A stretch of DNA of 64,000 nt from positions 512,001-576,000 of the forward strand of contig CAVSGI010000010.1 in the NCBI GenBank assembly GCA_963727445.1. Reading direction: 5' to 3'. Below, piece after piece: positions 29,940 through 42,903 of the stretch. The position numbers and the translations under genes are program-made. Origin of the DNA: an uncultured delta proteobacterium (GTDB lineage Bacteria > Myxococcota_A > Polyangia > Polyangiales > B10-G4). The notes under the pieces are model-generated. The model worked only from the letters and a program-made list of their open reading frames with translations, made no database searches and was not told where the DNA came from. Positions within the stretch are counted from its first letter, which is position 1; every line of letters starts with the position of its first letter.

Positions 29940-31463
29940 TCAGCCCGGCGGCGGGATCGTGTCTCCCGGCTCGAAGACAGGTTCCCACACCGCGTAGGCG
30001 CGTTTGCTCGCGAATGGCAACAGGGCGCGCGCGACGGAGCGCATGTTCGGGTAGCGGTCGGTGGGGTCGGTGGCCATGATCTGAAGGAGCACCGCCTCGA
30101 AGCCGTTGGGGAGGGTGACGTACTTGCTGGGGGGATCGAAGGCGGCGTCCGAGACCTGACGCAAGAGCGCCGCGCCTCGCGCGCCGAAAGGCCGGCGTCC
30201 CGTCACGCAGCGATAGATGATGGCGCCCAGCTGAAACTCGTCGGTGCGTTCGTCGACCGGGCTGCCGGTGCGGGCCTGCTCCGGCGCCCACCAGCCGGGC
30301 GTGCCCATGATCCCGTCGTCGGCGTCCTGGGTGAGCTCCTCGTCCGCCGCCGCATTCGTGAGCTTGGCGATGCCGAAGTCGAGCACCAGCGGGCGGAGAG
30401 AGCCGTCGTGGGAGCGGGCGAGAAAGACGTTGGCGGGCTTGAGGTCGCGGTGGACTGCGCCGCGCGAGTGCGCTTCGTAGAGCGCGCTGATGATCGGCAG
30501 GAAGATGTCGACCGTCCGTTCCACCGGCAGGGTTTCTCCTTCCGCCAGTGACTTGAGGTGCGTGTCCAGAGATTCGCCCGAGAGGTACTCCATCACGATG
30601 AAAGGGATCCGGGCCCGGGTGTCGAGGCTCGGTGTCCCGCGCACCTCCGTCGGCTCGTCGTCCGGTGCGGGCGCGGCCGAGGGTCGGTCGGGGCGGATCG
30701 CTTTCGTGAGCGCGGTCTGTGTGGGGTCGTCGCCGTCGGCGGCGGGGATGGCGTCCCCGGGGGACACCTGCGTGCGCGTATCCACGTCGAGCCAACCGGA
30801 ATCGATCAGCCGCACGATGTGCGGATGACGCAGCTCCGCGATCAAGCTCATCTCACGCCGGAAGCGCGCGAGCTCCACGTCTCCGCTCACGGCGCGATGC
30901 GCCTTCATGAGCTTGACCGCCACCTCCTGACCGGTGGAGACCTGCTTCGCCTTGTAGACCACGGCGAAGCCCCCGGCGCCGACGACCTCGAGCAGCTCGT
31001 AACGACCGTCGAGGATGGTCCCCAACGCCACCGCCCCATCGGCGGTGATGATCGGCCGCCGCCGCTTCACGGTCTCGAGCTCCCCGCGGAGCGCCAGCTG
31101 CGACTCGACCCGCGCGCCGGCGATGGGGAGGTCGATGGGCTTGGTCACGTAGTCGTTGGCGCCGAGCTCCAGCGCCTTCACCACGTCGAGGCTGTCTGCG
31201 CGGGCCGTCGCCATCAGCACCGGGAGCTCGAGCTTCGAGAAGCGCTTGCGCAGCTCCGCCAGCACTTCGAGGCCATCCATCCCGCGCATCACCACGTCGA
31301 GGAGCATCAGGTCGAAGCTCTCCTTTTCGAGGAGCTCGAGCGCTTCCTCTCCGCTGGCGAGGGCGACCACCTCGTGACCGGCCTTCTCCAGGAAGGCCGT
31401 GAGCGCCGCCCGTGTAGAGCGGCTGTCGTCGACCACGAGGAGCCGGGCTCGTTCCTTTTCCAT
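29940..31463 (-). CDS. Response-regulator receiver / Ser/Thr kinase fusion
   Basis: LLVVDD, LLDVVM, ANDYVTKP; then GAGGFAVVY, VAVK, HRDLKPAN, DFG, APEQ. Confidence 0.85.
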   Translation of the reverse strand: MEKERARLLVVDDSRSTRAALTAFLEKAGHEVVALASGEEALELLEKESFDLMLLDVVMRGMDGLEVLAELRKRFSKLELPVLMATARADSLDVVKALELGANDYVTKPIDLPIAGARVESQLALRGELETVKRRRPIITADGAVALGTILDGRYELLEVVGAGGFAVVYKAKQVSTGQEVAVKLMKAHRAVSGDVELARFRREMSLIAELRHPHIVRLIDSGWLDVDTRTQVSPGDAIPAADGDDPTQTALTKAIRPDRPSAAPAPDDEPTEVRGTPSLDTRARIPFIVMEYLSGESLDTHLKSLAEGETLPVERTVDIFLPIISALYEAHSRGAVHRDLKPANVFLARSHDGSLRPLVLDFGIAKLTNAAADEELTQDADDGIMGTPGWWAPEQARTGSPVDERTDEFQLGAIIYRCVTGRRPFGARGAALLRQVSDAAFDPPSKYVTLPNGFEAVLLQIMATDPTDRYPNMRSVARALLPFASKRAYAVWEPVFEPGDTIPPPG

Positions 31464-31546
31464 CCAGCGAAAATCGACAGTACCAGGGGTGACGAAGGTG
31501 GAAAACCCGCGGCCTCGCGACGACCGAGGTCGAGAGGAGGTCCGCG

Positions 31547-32275
31547 ATGCGCGCTTTCGTGCTGATGAGCCTGGTGCTGGGGGTCGCGGCCTGCGGCGGG
31601 ACACCCACGGCGGCGGTGGTGATGGGGGGTCGCGACGCGCCTCCGGCACAGGTCGGCGAGGGGGATCCCGCGCTCGCGCGCCAGCTCACGGGACACCTGC
31701 GCCGGGTCGAAGGCTGCTTCGATCTCCACCGGACGCGCGCCGCGCTGGTGGAGGTCTCTTTCACCATCGAGCCCGACGGGCACGTGGACGATGTCACGGC
31801 GAGCCGCGAGTCCGGCGAGGGCCGCGGTCTCGGCGAATGCATTCGAGGGCGCCTCAGTGGGCTCTACTTCGACCCGGCGCCGGGTCGCCCCATCGCGATG
31901 CACCACCGGTTCGCGCGCTGCGAGCACGCGGAGGGCGGGCTCTGCATGCTCGGCCCGGCCGAGCGCGTGGGGGCGGGGCCGGCGGCGCATCAGCGCGCCG
32001 TCGAGGCGCTCTTCGAGGCGCAGGGCGCCGCGATCGGCCAGTGTCAGGCCGAGGTGCGGGCGGAGACGGAGCAGTTGGTCGAAGTCGAAGTCACGGTGGG
32101 CGAGGACGGACGCGTGATGACGGGGCGGATCACCGACGCTGCGCCGGCCGACGGACCGGCGGTGCGTTGTGCGCTCCGGCCGCTCCTCGGTGCGAAGATC
32201 GAGGGCGAGACGCCGAGCGCGCCGGTGCGTTACCGGCGCTTGATGATCCTCGAGCCCTTCGCCTCGGCGCCCTGA
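31547..32275 (+). CDS. Lipoprotein with two AgmX/TonB-C-like domains
   Basis: VAACG; two C-F/Q...V-x-V-x-F/V-x-I/V-x-x-DG-x-V...C repeats. Confidence 0.55.
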   Translation: MRAFVLMSLVLGVAACGGTPTAAVVMGGRDAPPAQVGEGDPALARQLTGHLRRVEGCFDLHRTRAALVEVSFTIEPDGHVDDVTASRESGEGRGLGECIRGRLSGLYFDPAPGRPIAMHHRFARCEHAEGGLCMLGPAERVGAGPAAHQRAVEALFEAQGAAIGQCQAEVRAETEQLVEVEVTVGEDGRVMTGRITDAAPADGPAVRCALRPLLGAKIEGETPSAPVRYRRLMILEPFASAP

Positions 32276-32313
32276 AGTTCTCGCGACCTTCCCGGCCCTG
32301 GTAGACTGGATCC

Positions 32314-32659
32314 ATGTCGGACAAGCCCCAAGATTCGTCGGAGGCACCGCCGGGTCTCGGCAACGATCCCTCTCAAGCTCGATGGCGCCAAGGAAGGGTC
32401 CACGCAGGACCTCTCGGAGAGTGGGATGGGCATCGTCGTGTCCGAAAAGATCGAGCGCGGCTCGGTCATCGAGGTCCTGCTCGGAGGGGAAGGGGCGGGC
32501 GGCGAGCTCACCGGCTTCAAGACGATGGCCAAGGTGATGTGGTCGGCGGAGACCGACAGCGGCGCCTACAGCGCCGGGCTCATGTTCGACGGTCCCTCCC
32601 CCGAGGCCCTCGACCGACTCCGAAAGTTCCTCGCCGAGCACGAAGACGAAGAGGAGTAG
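32314..32659 (+). CDS. PilZ-domain protein, +1 frameshift near 32334
   Basis: Removing one T gives MSDKPQDRRRHRRV...TQDLSESGMGI (RxxxR and DxSxxG motifs), joining the 32426-32659 ORF. Confidence 0.8.
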
Positions 32660-32671
32660 GGGACCGGGGGC

Positions 32672-33198
32672 GCACTCCCGGCTCCGCGGCGCCTACGCTA
32701 CGCATCCCATCGGCCGAGCTGGGCTCGACCTCCGGGCTGCTTCGCTCCGGCGCCGCTCCGCCTTCTCCTGGATGGGCGGGCACTCCCGGCTCCGCGTCGC
32801 CTGCGCTGCGCAGCCCTCCGGTCGAGCGGGGCTCGACCTACGGGCTGCTTCGCTCCGTCGCCGCTCCGCCTTCTCCTGGATGGGCGGCACTCCCGGCTGC
32901 GCGGCGCCTGCGCTGCGCAGCCCTTCGGTCGAGCGGGGCTCGACCTCCGGGCTGCTTCGCTCCGGCGCCGCTCCGCCTTCTCCTGGATGGCCGGCACTCC
33001 CGGCTGCGCGGCGCCTGCGCTGCGCATCCCATCGGTCGAGCGGGGCTCGACCTCCGGGCTGCTTCGCTCCGTCGCCGCCCCGCCTTCTCCTGGATGGCCG
33101 GCACTCCCGGCTGCGCGGCGCCTGCGCTGCGCAGCCCTCCGGCCGAGCTGCGCTCGACCTCTGGGATGCTCCGCTCCAGCGCCGCTCCGCCTTCTCCT
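32672..33198. repeat. Tandem array of five ~107-bp imperfect palindromic units (REP/BIME-like)
   Basis: Units start at 32672, 32780, 32887, 32994, 33101; core GCAGCCC-tcc-GGTCGAGC-ggg-GCTCGACC-tcc-GGGCTGC hairpin. Confidence 0.9.
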
Positions 33199-33199
33199 A

Positions 33200-34412
33200 A
33201 ATAACCGATCTCGATTCGGGAACAAGCGAATCTGCTGAGTCTGCGTTTCTCGGGAAGATTGGTGCTCGGGAGCTACGCGGCTTGTCGGAGTTCCGGACAT
33301 CGTCCGGGAGGCCACGGGGAAACGGCGTCGAGCCAGACGGAGACGGCGAAGCAGAGATCCACGATATCGCGGTGTTGATGGTTGCGCGTGACGTTGGCGT
33401 GGAGGTCGCACCACATTCGTTCGATCAGGTTTTCATCGGGGCAGTAGGGCGGCAGGAAGTGAAGCTGAATGCGAGGAAGTTCTCGCAGCGCTGCGATCGT
33501 CTCGCGGCTCTTGTGTATTCCGTAGTTGTCGAGGATGACGTGGATGCATCGAGCATCGCGGTAGTGTTCGTCGAGCCTGCGCATCATGGCGATGAACAAG
33601 CTGCTGTTCTTGACGCCGTCGCCGACCCACAGGACCGTCCCGTCGCGAGCGTCGAGTGTGCCGGCGATGTAGGCCTTCTCGTTTTTTCCCGGCGTGACGA
33701 GGCGTTTCTGCTCGCCGGAGAGCATCCAGTCGAGACCGACCTTGGGGTTGAGATGGATGTCCACCTCGTCCTCGTAGACTGCGACCTCGTCGTCGGGAAG
33801 TTCGTCCAGGAGCGTTCGGATCTTCTTGAGCCGCCGCCTGCGCTGGCGCTCGGACAGTGGGCACTGCACCGTGGGCTTGGGCCGCCCCCGCCGTGCTCCG
33901 ATTCGCCGCAAGATCCTGCTCATGCTGCTGAGGCTCACGCGCAGCCCCGTCTGCTCCTCGCACACGAGGATCAACACCTCGCGCGTCCACGTCGGCCGAG
34001 GGTGTCCATAGTCCCAGGGCGACTGCTGCAGAAGGCTCTGCACCGTGAGCACGTAGGAAGTCGGGATCGGCGGCGGTCCGTTGTCTCGCCGGCCGTCCAG
34101 CAATCCGTCTCGACCACCCTCCACGAAGCGCTTCAGCACCCGACTCACCGTCGACGCCGCAACTCCGACCGCCTCACGAATTGCGGCTCGCCTCTTGCCT
34201 CGCACCGCCAGTGCCACGACTTGGGCACGCCGGAACAGATCGACATCACGGGACTTTCCCGCCCACCTCAAAAGGCGCCTTGCGCGCTGCCGGGACCAGC
34301 GCGGTACATTCTCCATGTGGGTCTCCTTTCTCGTGATCTCTCGACAAGCTCACGATCGATTGGAGGCCCACGAACTTCAACCCACCACGATCCCGAATCG
34401 TGGTCGGCTATT
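33200..34412 (-). mobile_element. IS630-family insertion sequence, 1213 bp
   Basis: Imperfect 22-bp terminal inverted repeats AATAACCGATCTCGATTCGGGA / TCCCGAATCGTGGTCGGCTATT; flanks CTA and CAG; lower GC than neighbours. Confidence 0.9.
33273..34316 (-). CDS. IS630-family DDE transposase
   Basis: N-terminal HTH; YEDE, ILDNYGIHK, LPPYCPDENLIERMW. Confidence 0.95.
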   Translation of the reverse strand: MENVPRWSRQRARRLLRWAGKSRDVDLFRRAQVVALAVRGKRRAAIREAVGVAASTVSRVLKRFVEGGRDGLLDGRRDNGPPPIPTSYVLTVQSLLQQSPWDYGHPRPTWTREVLILVCEEQTGLRVSLSSMSRILRRIGARRGRPKPTVQCPLSERQRRRRLKKIRTLLDELPDDEVAVYEDEVDIHLNPKVGLDWMLSGEQKRLVTPGKNEKAYIAGTLDARDGTVLWVGDGVKNSSLFIAMMRRLDEHYRDARCIHVILDNYGIHKSRETIAALRELPRIQLHFLPPYCPDENLIERMWCDLHANVTRNHQHRDIVDLCFAVSVWLDAVSPWPPGRCPELRQAA

Positions 34413-34416
34413 CAGA

Positions 34417-35394
34417 TCACCACAGATCGATATCGAACGCTGGTGAGGCCTTGCTCGCGGGCCGGTACCAGTGCTGGAAGGTGACCTGGTAGCCGCCGGC
34501 CTCCGTGTGCATGTGCTTGCGGAGCAGATACGTCGGCACCTCGACCGAGATCGGACGTTCGTCCGGCACGAAGGCCACGACGTCGAAGGAGTCGGGCATG
34601 AAGCGGTTGACCACCCGCGAGACCAGCGCGCGCACGTCGTCGCGGAAGTCGAAGTTCGTCTCGAAGCTCGCGTAGCTCCCGAGATCCTCCGGCGTCACGT
34701 GAATGGTCGCGTACCACTCGTCCTTGAGCGCGTTGACGCTGTAGCCGGCGGGCTCGAAGACATGCTCGTCCAGCTCGAAGCCAGGGAGCACGTCGGCCAG
34801 ACCCAGCTCGGCCGCCAGCGGCTGCGCGATGATCTTCGCCGGGTCGCTCGGCGCTTCGACGTTGCGGAAGCGCTCGGCGACCTTCGGGTCGATCCCGTGC
34901 ATCAGGATCTCGAGCGTGGTGTCGGTGGGCTCCGGCCGATGAGGACGGTCGGTGTGGAAGAGATAGACCGCGTGCTCGTGCTCGGCCCCGAATCCCACGG
35001 CGCGCCCGGGGAGCCATTCGCTCATGCGGCGCGCATCCTCGAAGAACGTCGTCGATTGCTCGTGAGGGAAGTGCTCGTTCTTTCGCTCGTAGAACCCGAC
35101 GGCGATCTCGTCTCTGGGCACGAAGGTCAGGATGTCGGCGACCGCCTCCATGATCCGCGTGCGCCCGCAGGTGATCATCGTCAGGAACGTGTCGTAGACG
35201 AAGAGGCTGGACTCGCTCAGCAGGTACGCATCGAAGTGCTCGTTGCTCTTGATGCTGAGGACGTCGGCGTCGGCAGCGCGCACCACTCGCGTCCAGCGTT
35301 CGTGACCGAAGGACCGGAGGGAGGGGAAGCCGTCGACGACGGCCAGCTCGATCTTCTTTTCCGGCCCCTCGAAAAATGCCGGGGGGTTGGACAT
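34417..35394 (-). CDS. speD: S-adenosylmethionine decarboxylase proenzyme, eukaryote-type (class 2)
   Basis: FFEGPEKKIE, DAYLLSESSLFV self-cleavage site, TCG, FEPAGYSVNA, TIHVTPE, SYASFETN. Confidence 0.85.
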   Translation of the reverse strand: MSNPPAFFEGPEKKIELAVVDGFPSLRSFGHERWTRVVRAADADVLSIKSNEHFDAYLLSESSLFVYDTFLTMITCGRTRIMEAVADILTFVPRDEIAVGFYERKNEHFPHEQSTTFFEDARRMSEWLPGRAVGFGAEHEHAVYLFHTDRPHRPEPTDTTLEILMHGIDPKVAERFRNVEAPSDPAKIIAQPLAAELGLADVLPGFELDEHVFEPAGYSVNALKDEWYATIHVTPEDLGSYASFETNFDFRDDVRALVSRVVNRFMPDSFDVVAFVPDERPISVEVPTYLLRKHMHTEAGGYQVTFQHWYRPASKASPAFDIDLW

Positions 35395-35490
35395 GTTCGG
35401 CGCCGAGAGTAACGCATGGATCGGGGTCGCGCATGCCGGTGATCCGCGCTCGGTTGTCGGGCTCACTTTTGCTGCTACGTTCGGCCGCCC

Positions 35491-37203
35491 ATGGCGAATG
35501 AACCGGCCGAGGTGTCGGCGAAGACTCCGTTTCTGACGCAGTTCAAGTCGTTCGGTCTCGTCTACTGGATCGCCAACTGGATGGAGCTCGTCGAGCGCTT
35601 CGCCTATTACGGCGTCCGCGTCGTTCTGCCGGTCTTCATCGTGCTCGCCATCTCCCGTGGTGGGCCGGAGCTGACGCACGCGCAGAAGGGCGCGATCTAC
35701 GGCACCTGGGCCCTCGTTCAGAGCTTCTTGCCCATCTTCACCGGCGGCTTCGCCGACCGATACGGCTACAAGCTCAACATCGCCATCAGCACGGTGCTCA
35801 AGATCATCGGCTACCTGGTGATGGGCTACTGCCTGGTGATCGCGGAGGCCGTCGCCGGGATCCCCCTCGCCGACGCCCGCGCGCAGGGCACCGATCTCGT
35901 CTACGAGGTGTTCTACACGGGGGCGATGTTCCTGGCGACCGGCACCGCGATCTTCAAGCCGGGCGTGCAGGGCCTCATCGCCAACCAGATGCCGAAGGAA
36001 TCGGCTTCGCTCGGTTGGGGCCTCTTCTATCAGATGGTGAACATCGGCGGGTTCATCGGCCCGCTCATCGCCGGCTACCTCCGGGTGCTCGAGTGGGAGT
36101 ACGTCTTCATGGCGTGTGCTCTGGGCATCGCGCTCAACTTCGTGCCGCTCTTCTTCTTCACCGAGCCCGACCACCATGGTGAGGAGGACCTCGCGACACC
36201 CTTCGAGCTCATCGTGCGCGCGGTTCGCGGTCTTCTCGAGCCGCGGCTCTTCTTCTTCACGATCTCGTTCGCGGGCTTCTGGCTGATGTTCTATCAGCTC
36301 TTCGACATCCTCCCGAACTTCATCGACGACTGGGTCGACTCTCGCGGCGCCGCCAGCGCGTTGACGAGCATCCTGGGCAGTGACGCGGTGCCCACCGTCA
36401 ACGGCGGCAACCTCACGCAGGAGTGGATCATCAACGTGAACGCCCTGCTGATCAGCCTCTTCGCATTCGCGATGGGCTACCTGACGGGCAAGACCCGCGC
36501 GCTCAACGCGATCATCGTGGGCATCTCCATCAGCGCCGTCGCCATCTACGCGCTCGGGATGAGCATGAACGGATGGTGGATCCTCGGCGCCATCGTGCTC
36601 TTCAGCATCGGCGAGATGAGCGCGAGCCCGACCAAGATGCGTTACCTCGCTTCCATCGCCCCGCCCGGCAAGGAAGGCCTCTACATGGGCTACGTCAACA
36701 TGACGGTGGGCATCGGCTGGTCCATCGGCTCCCTGGTCGCGGGCGAGTGGTACCAGCACAACGGCGACAAGGTGAACCTGGCGCGGCGCTATCTGATCGA
36801 GGAGCGCGGGATGAGCGCCGACGTGGTCGACGCCGTCGACCGTGGCGAGCTCCTGGCCTTCTTCCAGCAGACGCTGGGGGTCGACGCCTGGCAGACCCGA
36901 CAGATGCTCTGGGACACCTACGAGCCCTACGGCATGTGGCAGCTCTTCACCCTCATCGGCCTCGGGTCGATGCTGGCGATCGTCGTCTACAACTTTCTGA
37001 CCCGGAAAGCCGACCGCGAGCCCGGCTTCTCGTTCAACACGAAAGGGCACGTCTGGGTACGGATCGCCGTGATCCCGATCGTGGCGGGCTTCGCCTGGGC
37101 CAGCTACGTACAGCCCTCCATTCCGGTCATCGTCATGGGCATCATGTTCGCCCTGCTCTTCCTCGCGTCGTTCGCCCCCGAAAAGGCACCCCAGAACGTG
37201 TAA
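35491..37203 (+). CDS. POT/PTR-like MFS transporter
   Basis: ELVERFAYYG signature, FKP, FYQMVNIGGFIGP, many TM segments. Confidence 0.85.
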   Translation: MANEPAEVSAKTPFLTQFKSFGLVYWIANWMELVERFAYYGVRVVLPVFIVLAISRGGPELTHAQKGAIYGTWALVQSFLPIFTGGFADRYGYKLNIAISTVLKIIGYLVMGYCLVIAEAVAGIPLADARAQGTDLVYEVFYTGAMFLATGTAIFKPGVQGLIANQMPKESASLGWGLFYQMVNIGGFIGPLIAGYLRVLEWEYVFMACALGIALNFVPLFFFTEPDHHGEEDLATPFELIVRAVRGLLEPRLFFFTISFAGFWLMFYQLFDILPNFIDDWVDSRGAASALTSILGSDAVPTVNGGNLTQEWIINVNALLISLFAFAMGYLTGKTRALNAIIVGISISAVAIYALGMSMNGWWILGAIVLFSIGEMSASPTKMRYLASIAPPGKEGLYMGYVNMTVGIGWSIGSLVAGEWYQHNGDKVNLARRYLIEERGMSADVVDAVDRGELLAFFQQTLGVDAWQTRQMLWDTYEPYGMWQLFTLIGLGSMLAIVVYNFLTRKADREPGFSFNTKGHVWVRIAVIPIVAGFAWASYVQPSIPVIVMGIMFALLFLASFAPEKAPQNV

Positions 37204-37216
37204 TCTGGGGCGGTCC

Positions 37217-38863
37217 ATGCGGCTGCTCCTCGACAACGCCACCGTCATCGACGGCACCGGCGCTCCGGCACGTGCCGGGCGCGTGTTGATCGAGGACGAC
37301 ACCATCGCGGAGGTGGACGGGATCACCCTGCCGCCGGATCAGGTGCTCGACTGCGGCGGCATGGCCGTCGCGCCCGGCTTCATCGACATGCACTCCCACT
37401 CCGACTTCACCCTCGCGGTCCGGCCGCTCGTGGAGGCGAAGGTCCAGCAGGGAGTCACCACCGAGGTCGTCGGCAACTGCGGCATCGGGCTGGTCACCTC
37501 CAACGAGAACGTCGACCGGCTCTACGAGAAGCTCCTGCCGTTGGTCGCGGGCGAGCGCGGCGGAACGGTGCACGCCTCGGTGGGCGCCTACCGCGAAGCG
37601 CTCGACGCCCTGGGTGGGGTGTCGGTCAACGCCTGCTGCCTCATCCCTCAGGGCAACGTGCGCTGCGCCGCGATGGGGATGGACGAGCGCAAGCCCAAGC
37701 TCACCGAGCGCAACCGGATGCGTGAGATCGTGGCCCAGGGGATGGACGAGGGCGCCTTCGGCATGTCGACCGGGCTGGTCTATCCGCCAGGGGGCTTCGC
37801 GGACGCCGAGGAGATCGCGGAGCTCGCCGGCGTGCTCGCCAGCTACGGCGGTCTGTATGCGACGCACATGCGCGACGAGGGCGCGCGGCTGCTACAGAGC
37901 GTCGAGGAAGCGATCTGGATTGGAGAGCAGGCGGGGGTGTCGATCCAGCTCTCCCATCACAAGGCCGCGGGGCGCTTCAACTGGGGCAAGACCGAGAAGA
38001 GCCTCGCGCTCGTGGACCAGGCGAGGGCGCGCGGCGTCGACGTCCACTCCGACGTGTATCCCTACACCGCCGGCTCGACCGTGCTCGCCGCGATGTTTCT
38101 GCCCCTGTGGGTCTTCGAGGGTGACTGGGACGAGGTGCTCGGCCGACTGCGCGATCCCGACACCCGGGCGCGGATCGTGGCCGAATCGAAGCAGCGCTTC
38201 ATCGAGTTCGCGCCCCTGCCGGGGATTTGGGATCGCATCGTCCCCAAGCGTCTCTTGCTGCCGCTGGTCCTGAGGGAGCTGAGCAAGGTGGTGGTGATCA
38301 ACTCGACGCGGCATCACCACGAGCTCGAGGGCAAGAGCCTCTTCCAGGTGCAGAAGGAGCGCGGTCAGAAGCTCTGGGACATGCTCCTCGACGTCCTCGC
38401 CGAAGAGGAGACGGCGATCTCCGCCATCGCCGACGTCATGGACGAGGGCGACGTTCGCCGGGTGATGAGCCACTCGGCGACGATGTTCGGCACCGACGGG
38501 TTCAACAACACCGAGGGCAAACCGCACCCGCGAACCTACGGCACCTATCCGCGCATCTTCGAGCGCTACGTGCGCGAGCTCGGGCTCTTGAGCTTGGAGG
38601 GCGCGGTCTACAAGATGACGAAGATGGTCGCGGACAAGCTGGGCCTGACGGATCGCGGCGAGATCGCCGCCGGGAAGAAGGCGGACCTGGTGGTCTTCGA
38701 CCCGCGGCGGATCCACGATCGGGCGACCTTCGCCGAGCCGCGTCGCTCTCCCGGCGGTCTGCCGCACGTCTTCGTCAACGGGGCGTGGACGGTTCGCGAC
38801 GGACGTCACACCGGCGCGCGGGCCGGGGGCGTGCTGGACAAGCAGAAGGTGCGGCATGGATGA
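37217..38863 (+). CDS. N-acyl-D-amino-acid deacylase (D-aminoacylase family amidohydrolase)
   Basis: PGFIDMHSHSD, GNCG, STGLVYPPG, THMRDE, YPYTAGST, PHPRTYGTYPR. Confidence 0.9.
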   Translation: MRLLLDNATVIDGTGAPARAGRVLIEDDTIAEVDGITLPPDQVLDCGGMAVAPGFIDMHSHSDFTLAVRPLVEAKVQQGVTTEVVGNCGIGLVTSNENVDRLYEKLLPLVAGERGGTVHASVGAYREALDALGGVSVNACCLIPQGNVRCAAMGMDERKPKLTERNRMREIVAQGMDEGAFGMSTGLVYPPGGFADAEEIAELAGVLASYGGLYATHMRDEGARLLQSVEEAIWIGEQAGVSIQLSHHKAAGRFNWGKTEKSLALVDQARARGVDVHSDVYPYTAGSTVLAAMFLPLWVFEGDWDEVLGRLRDPDTRARIVAESKQRFIEFAPLPGIWDRIVPKRLLLPLVLRELSKVVVINSTRHHHELEGKSLFQVQKERGQKLWDMLLDVLAEEETAISAIADVMDEGDVRRVMSHSATMFGTDGFNNTEGKPHPRTYGTYPRIFERYVRELGLLSLEGAVYKMTKMVADKLGLTDRGEIAAGKKADLVVFDPRRIHDRATFAEPRRSPGGLPHVFVNGAWTVRDGRHTGARAGGVLDKQKVRHG

Positions 38864-39557
38864 GGTGAGCCGAGCGCATCTCGAGACCCACGCCATTCGC
38901 CTCGCGCCCTGGGCGGAGGTGGTGCCCGAGGCGTGCGCGGTGGTGCGTGTCGGCCGTCGTTGGGACCGTTTCGTCGACGGCTCGGCGCAGGAGCAGTGCA
39001 CCGCGGACTTCGCACGGGAAGCGGACGGCCCCGAGCTCTCGGAGCTCCTGGAGGAGGCGGCGCGCGGGCTCAGCGACGTGGGGCTCCGAGAGGTCGACTT
39101 CGACGACGAGCTCGACCGGCGCATCTATGCAGCGCCGGACCCGGGGGAGATTCGTGCGCCTCGGCCCGCCGAGTCGTTCCTCCTCGAGAGCCTCTGCCGG
39201 GCGATCCGCGTCGACCTCACCCGTCCGGTGACGGCGCATCTTCCGACGGTTCCGCTGGGCCCGCTCATCGATCGCATCGCCGAGCACCTCGGTCTCGACG
39301 ACCCGATGGACGTGACGAGCGAGATCTTCCTCGACCCGGAGGCGCTCGATCGGGTTCAGGCGACGCGCGACACCGCCACCTTTCCTCTGCAGCCCGACCT
39401 GCCCGCTGCCCTCGAGGAGCTGGGCTTCGACCCGCCCGCGGGCGAGGATGCCCCCTTCATGCTGGACCGCAACGTCGACGGTTTCGATCTGAACCTCTGC
39501 GCCTTCGTTCGCGCCGACCGCATCACCTTCTCGGTCGAGGCGTCGCCCACCGATTGA
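38856..39557 (+). CDS. Hypothetical protein
   Basis: Overlaps upstream stop, host-like codon usage, fills gap to convergent gene. Confidence 0.6.
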   Translation: MDEVSRAHLETHAIRLAPWAEVVPEACAVVRVGRRWDRFVDGSAQEQCTADFAREADGPELSELLEEAARGLSDVGLREVDFDDELDRRIYAAPDPGEIRAPRPAESFLLESLCRAIRVDLTRPVTAHLPTVPLGPLIDRIAEHLGLDDPMDVTSEIFLDPEALDRVQATRDTATFPLQPDLPAALEELGFDPPAGEDAPFMLDRNVDGFDLNLCAFVRADRITFSVEASPTD

Positions 39558-39563
39558 CGCCGG

Positions 39564-42862
<3,299 letters not shown>

Positions 42863-42903
42863 GGGCGACAGGATAACGTCTGGCCGGTCACCCGCCAGTC
42901 GGC

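Noticed and set aside
32672..33198. CRISPR array
   Set aside because: Units are ~107 bp and similar along their whole length, with no unique spacers and no cas genes in the window
32314..33414. ORFs running through the repeat array (32314-33204, 32698-33414 and others)
   Set aside because: Translations are repeat-derived; the 32314 ORF is the frameshifted start of the PilZ gene
35395..37326. Long N-terminal extension of speD (969-aa ORF)
   Set aside because: Antisense to the POT transporter; AdoMetDC homology starts at Met 35394
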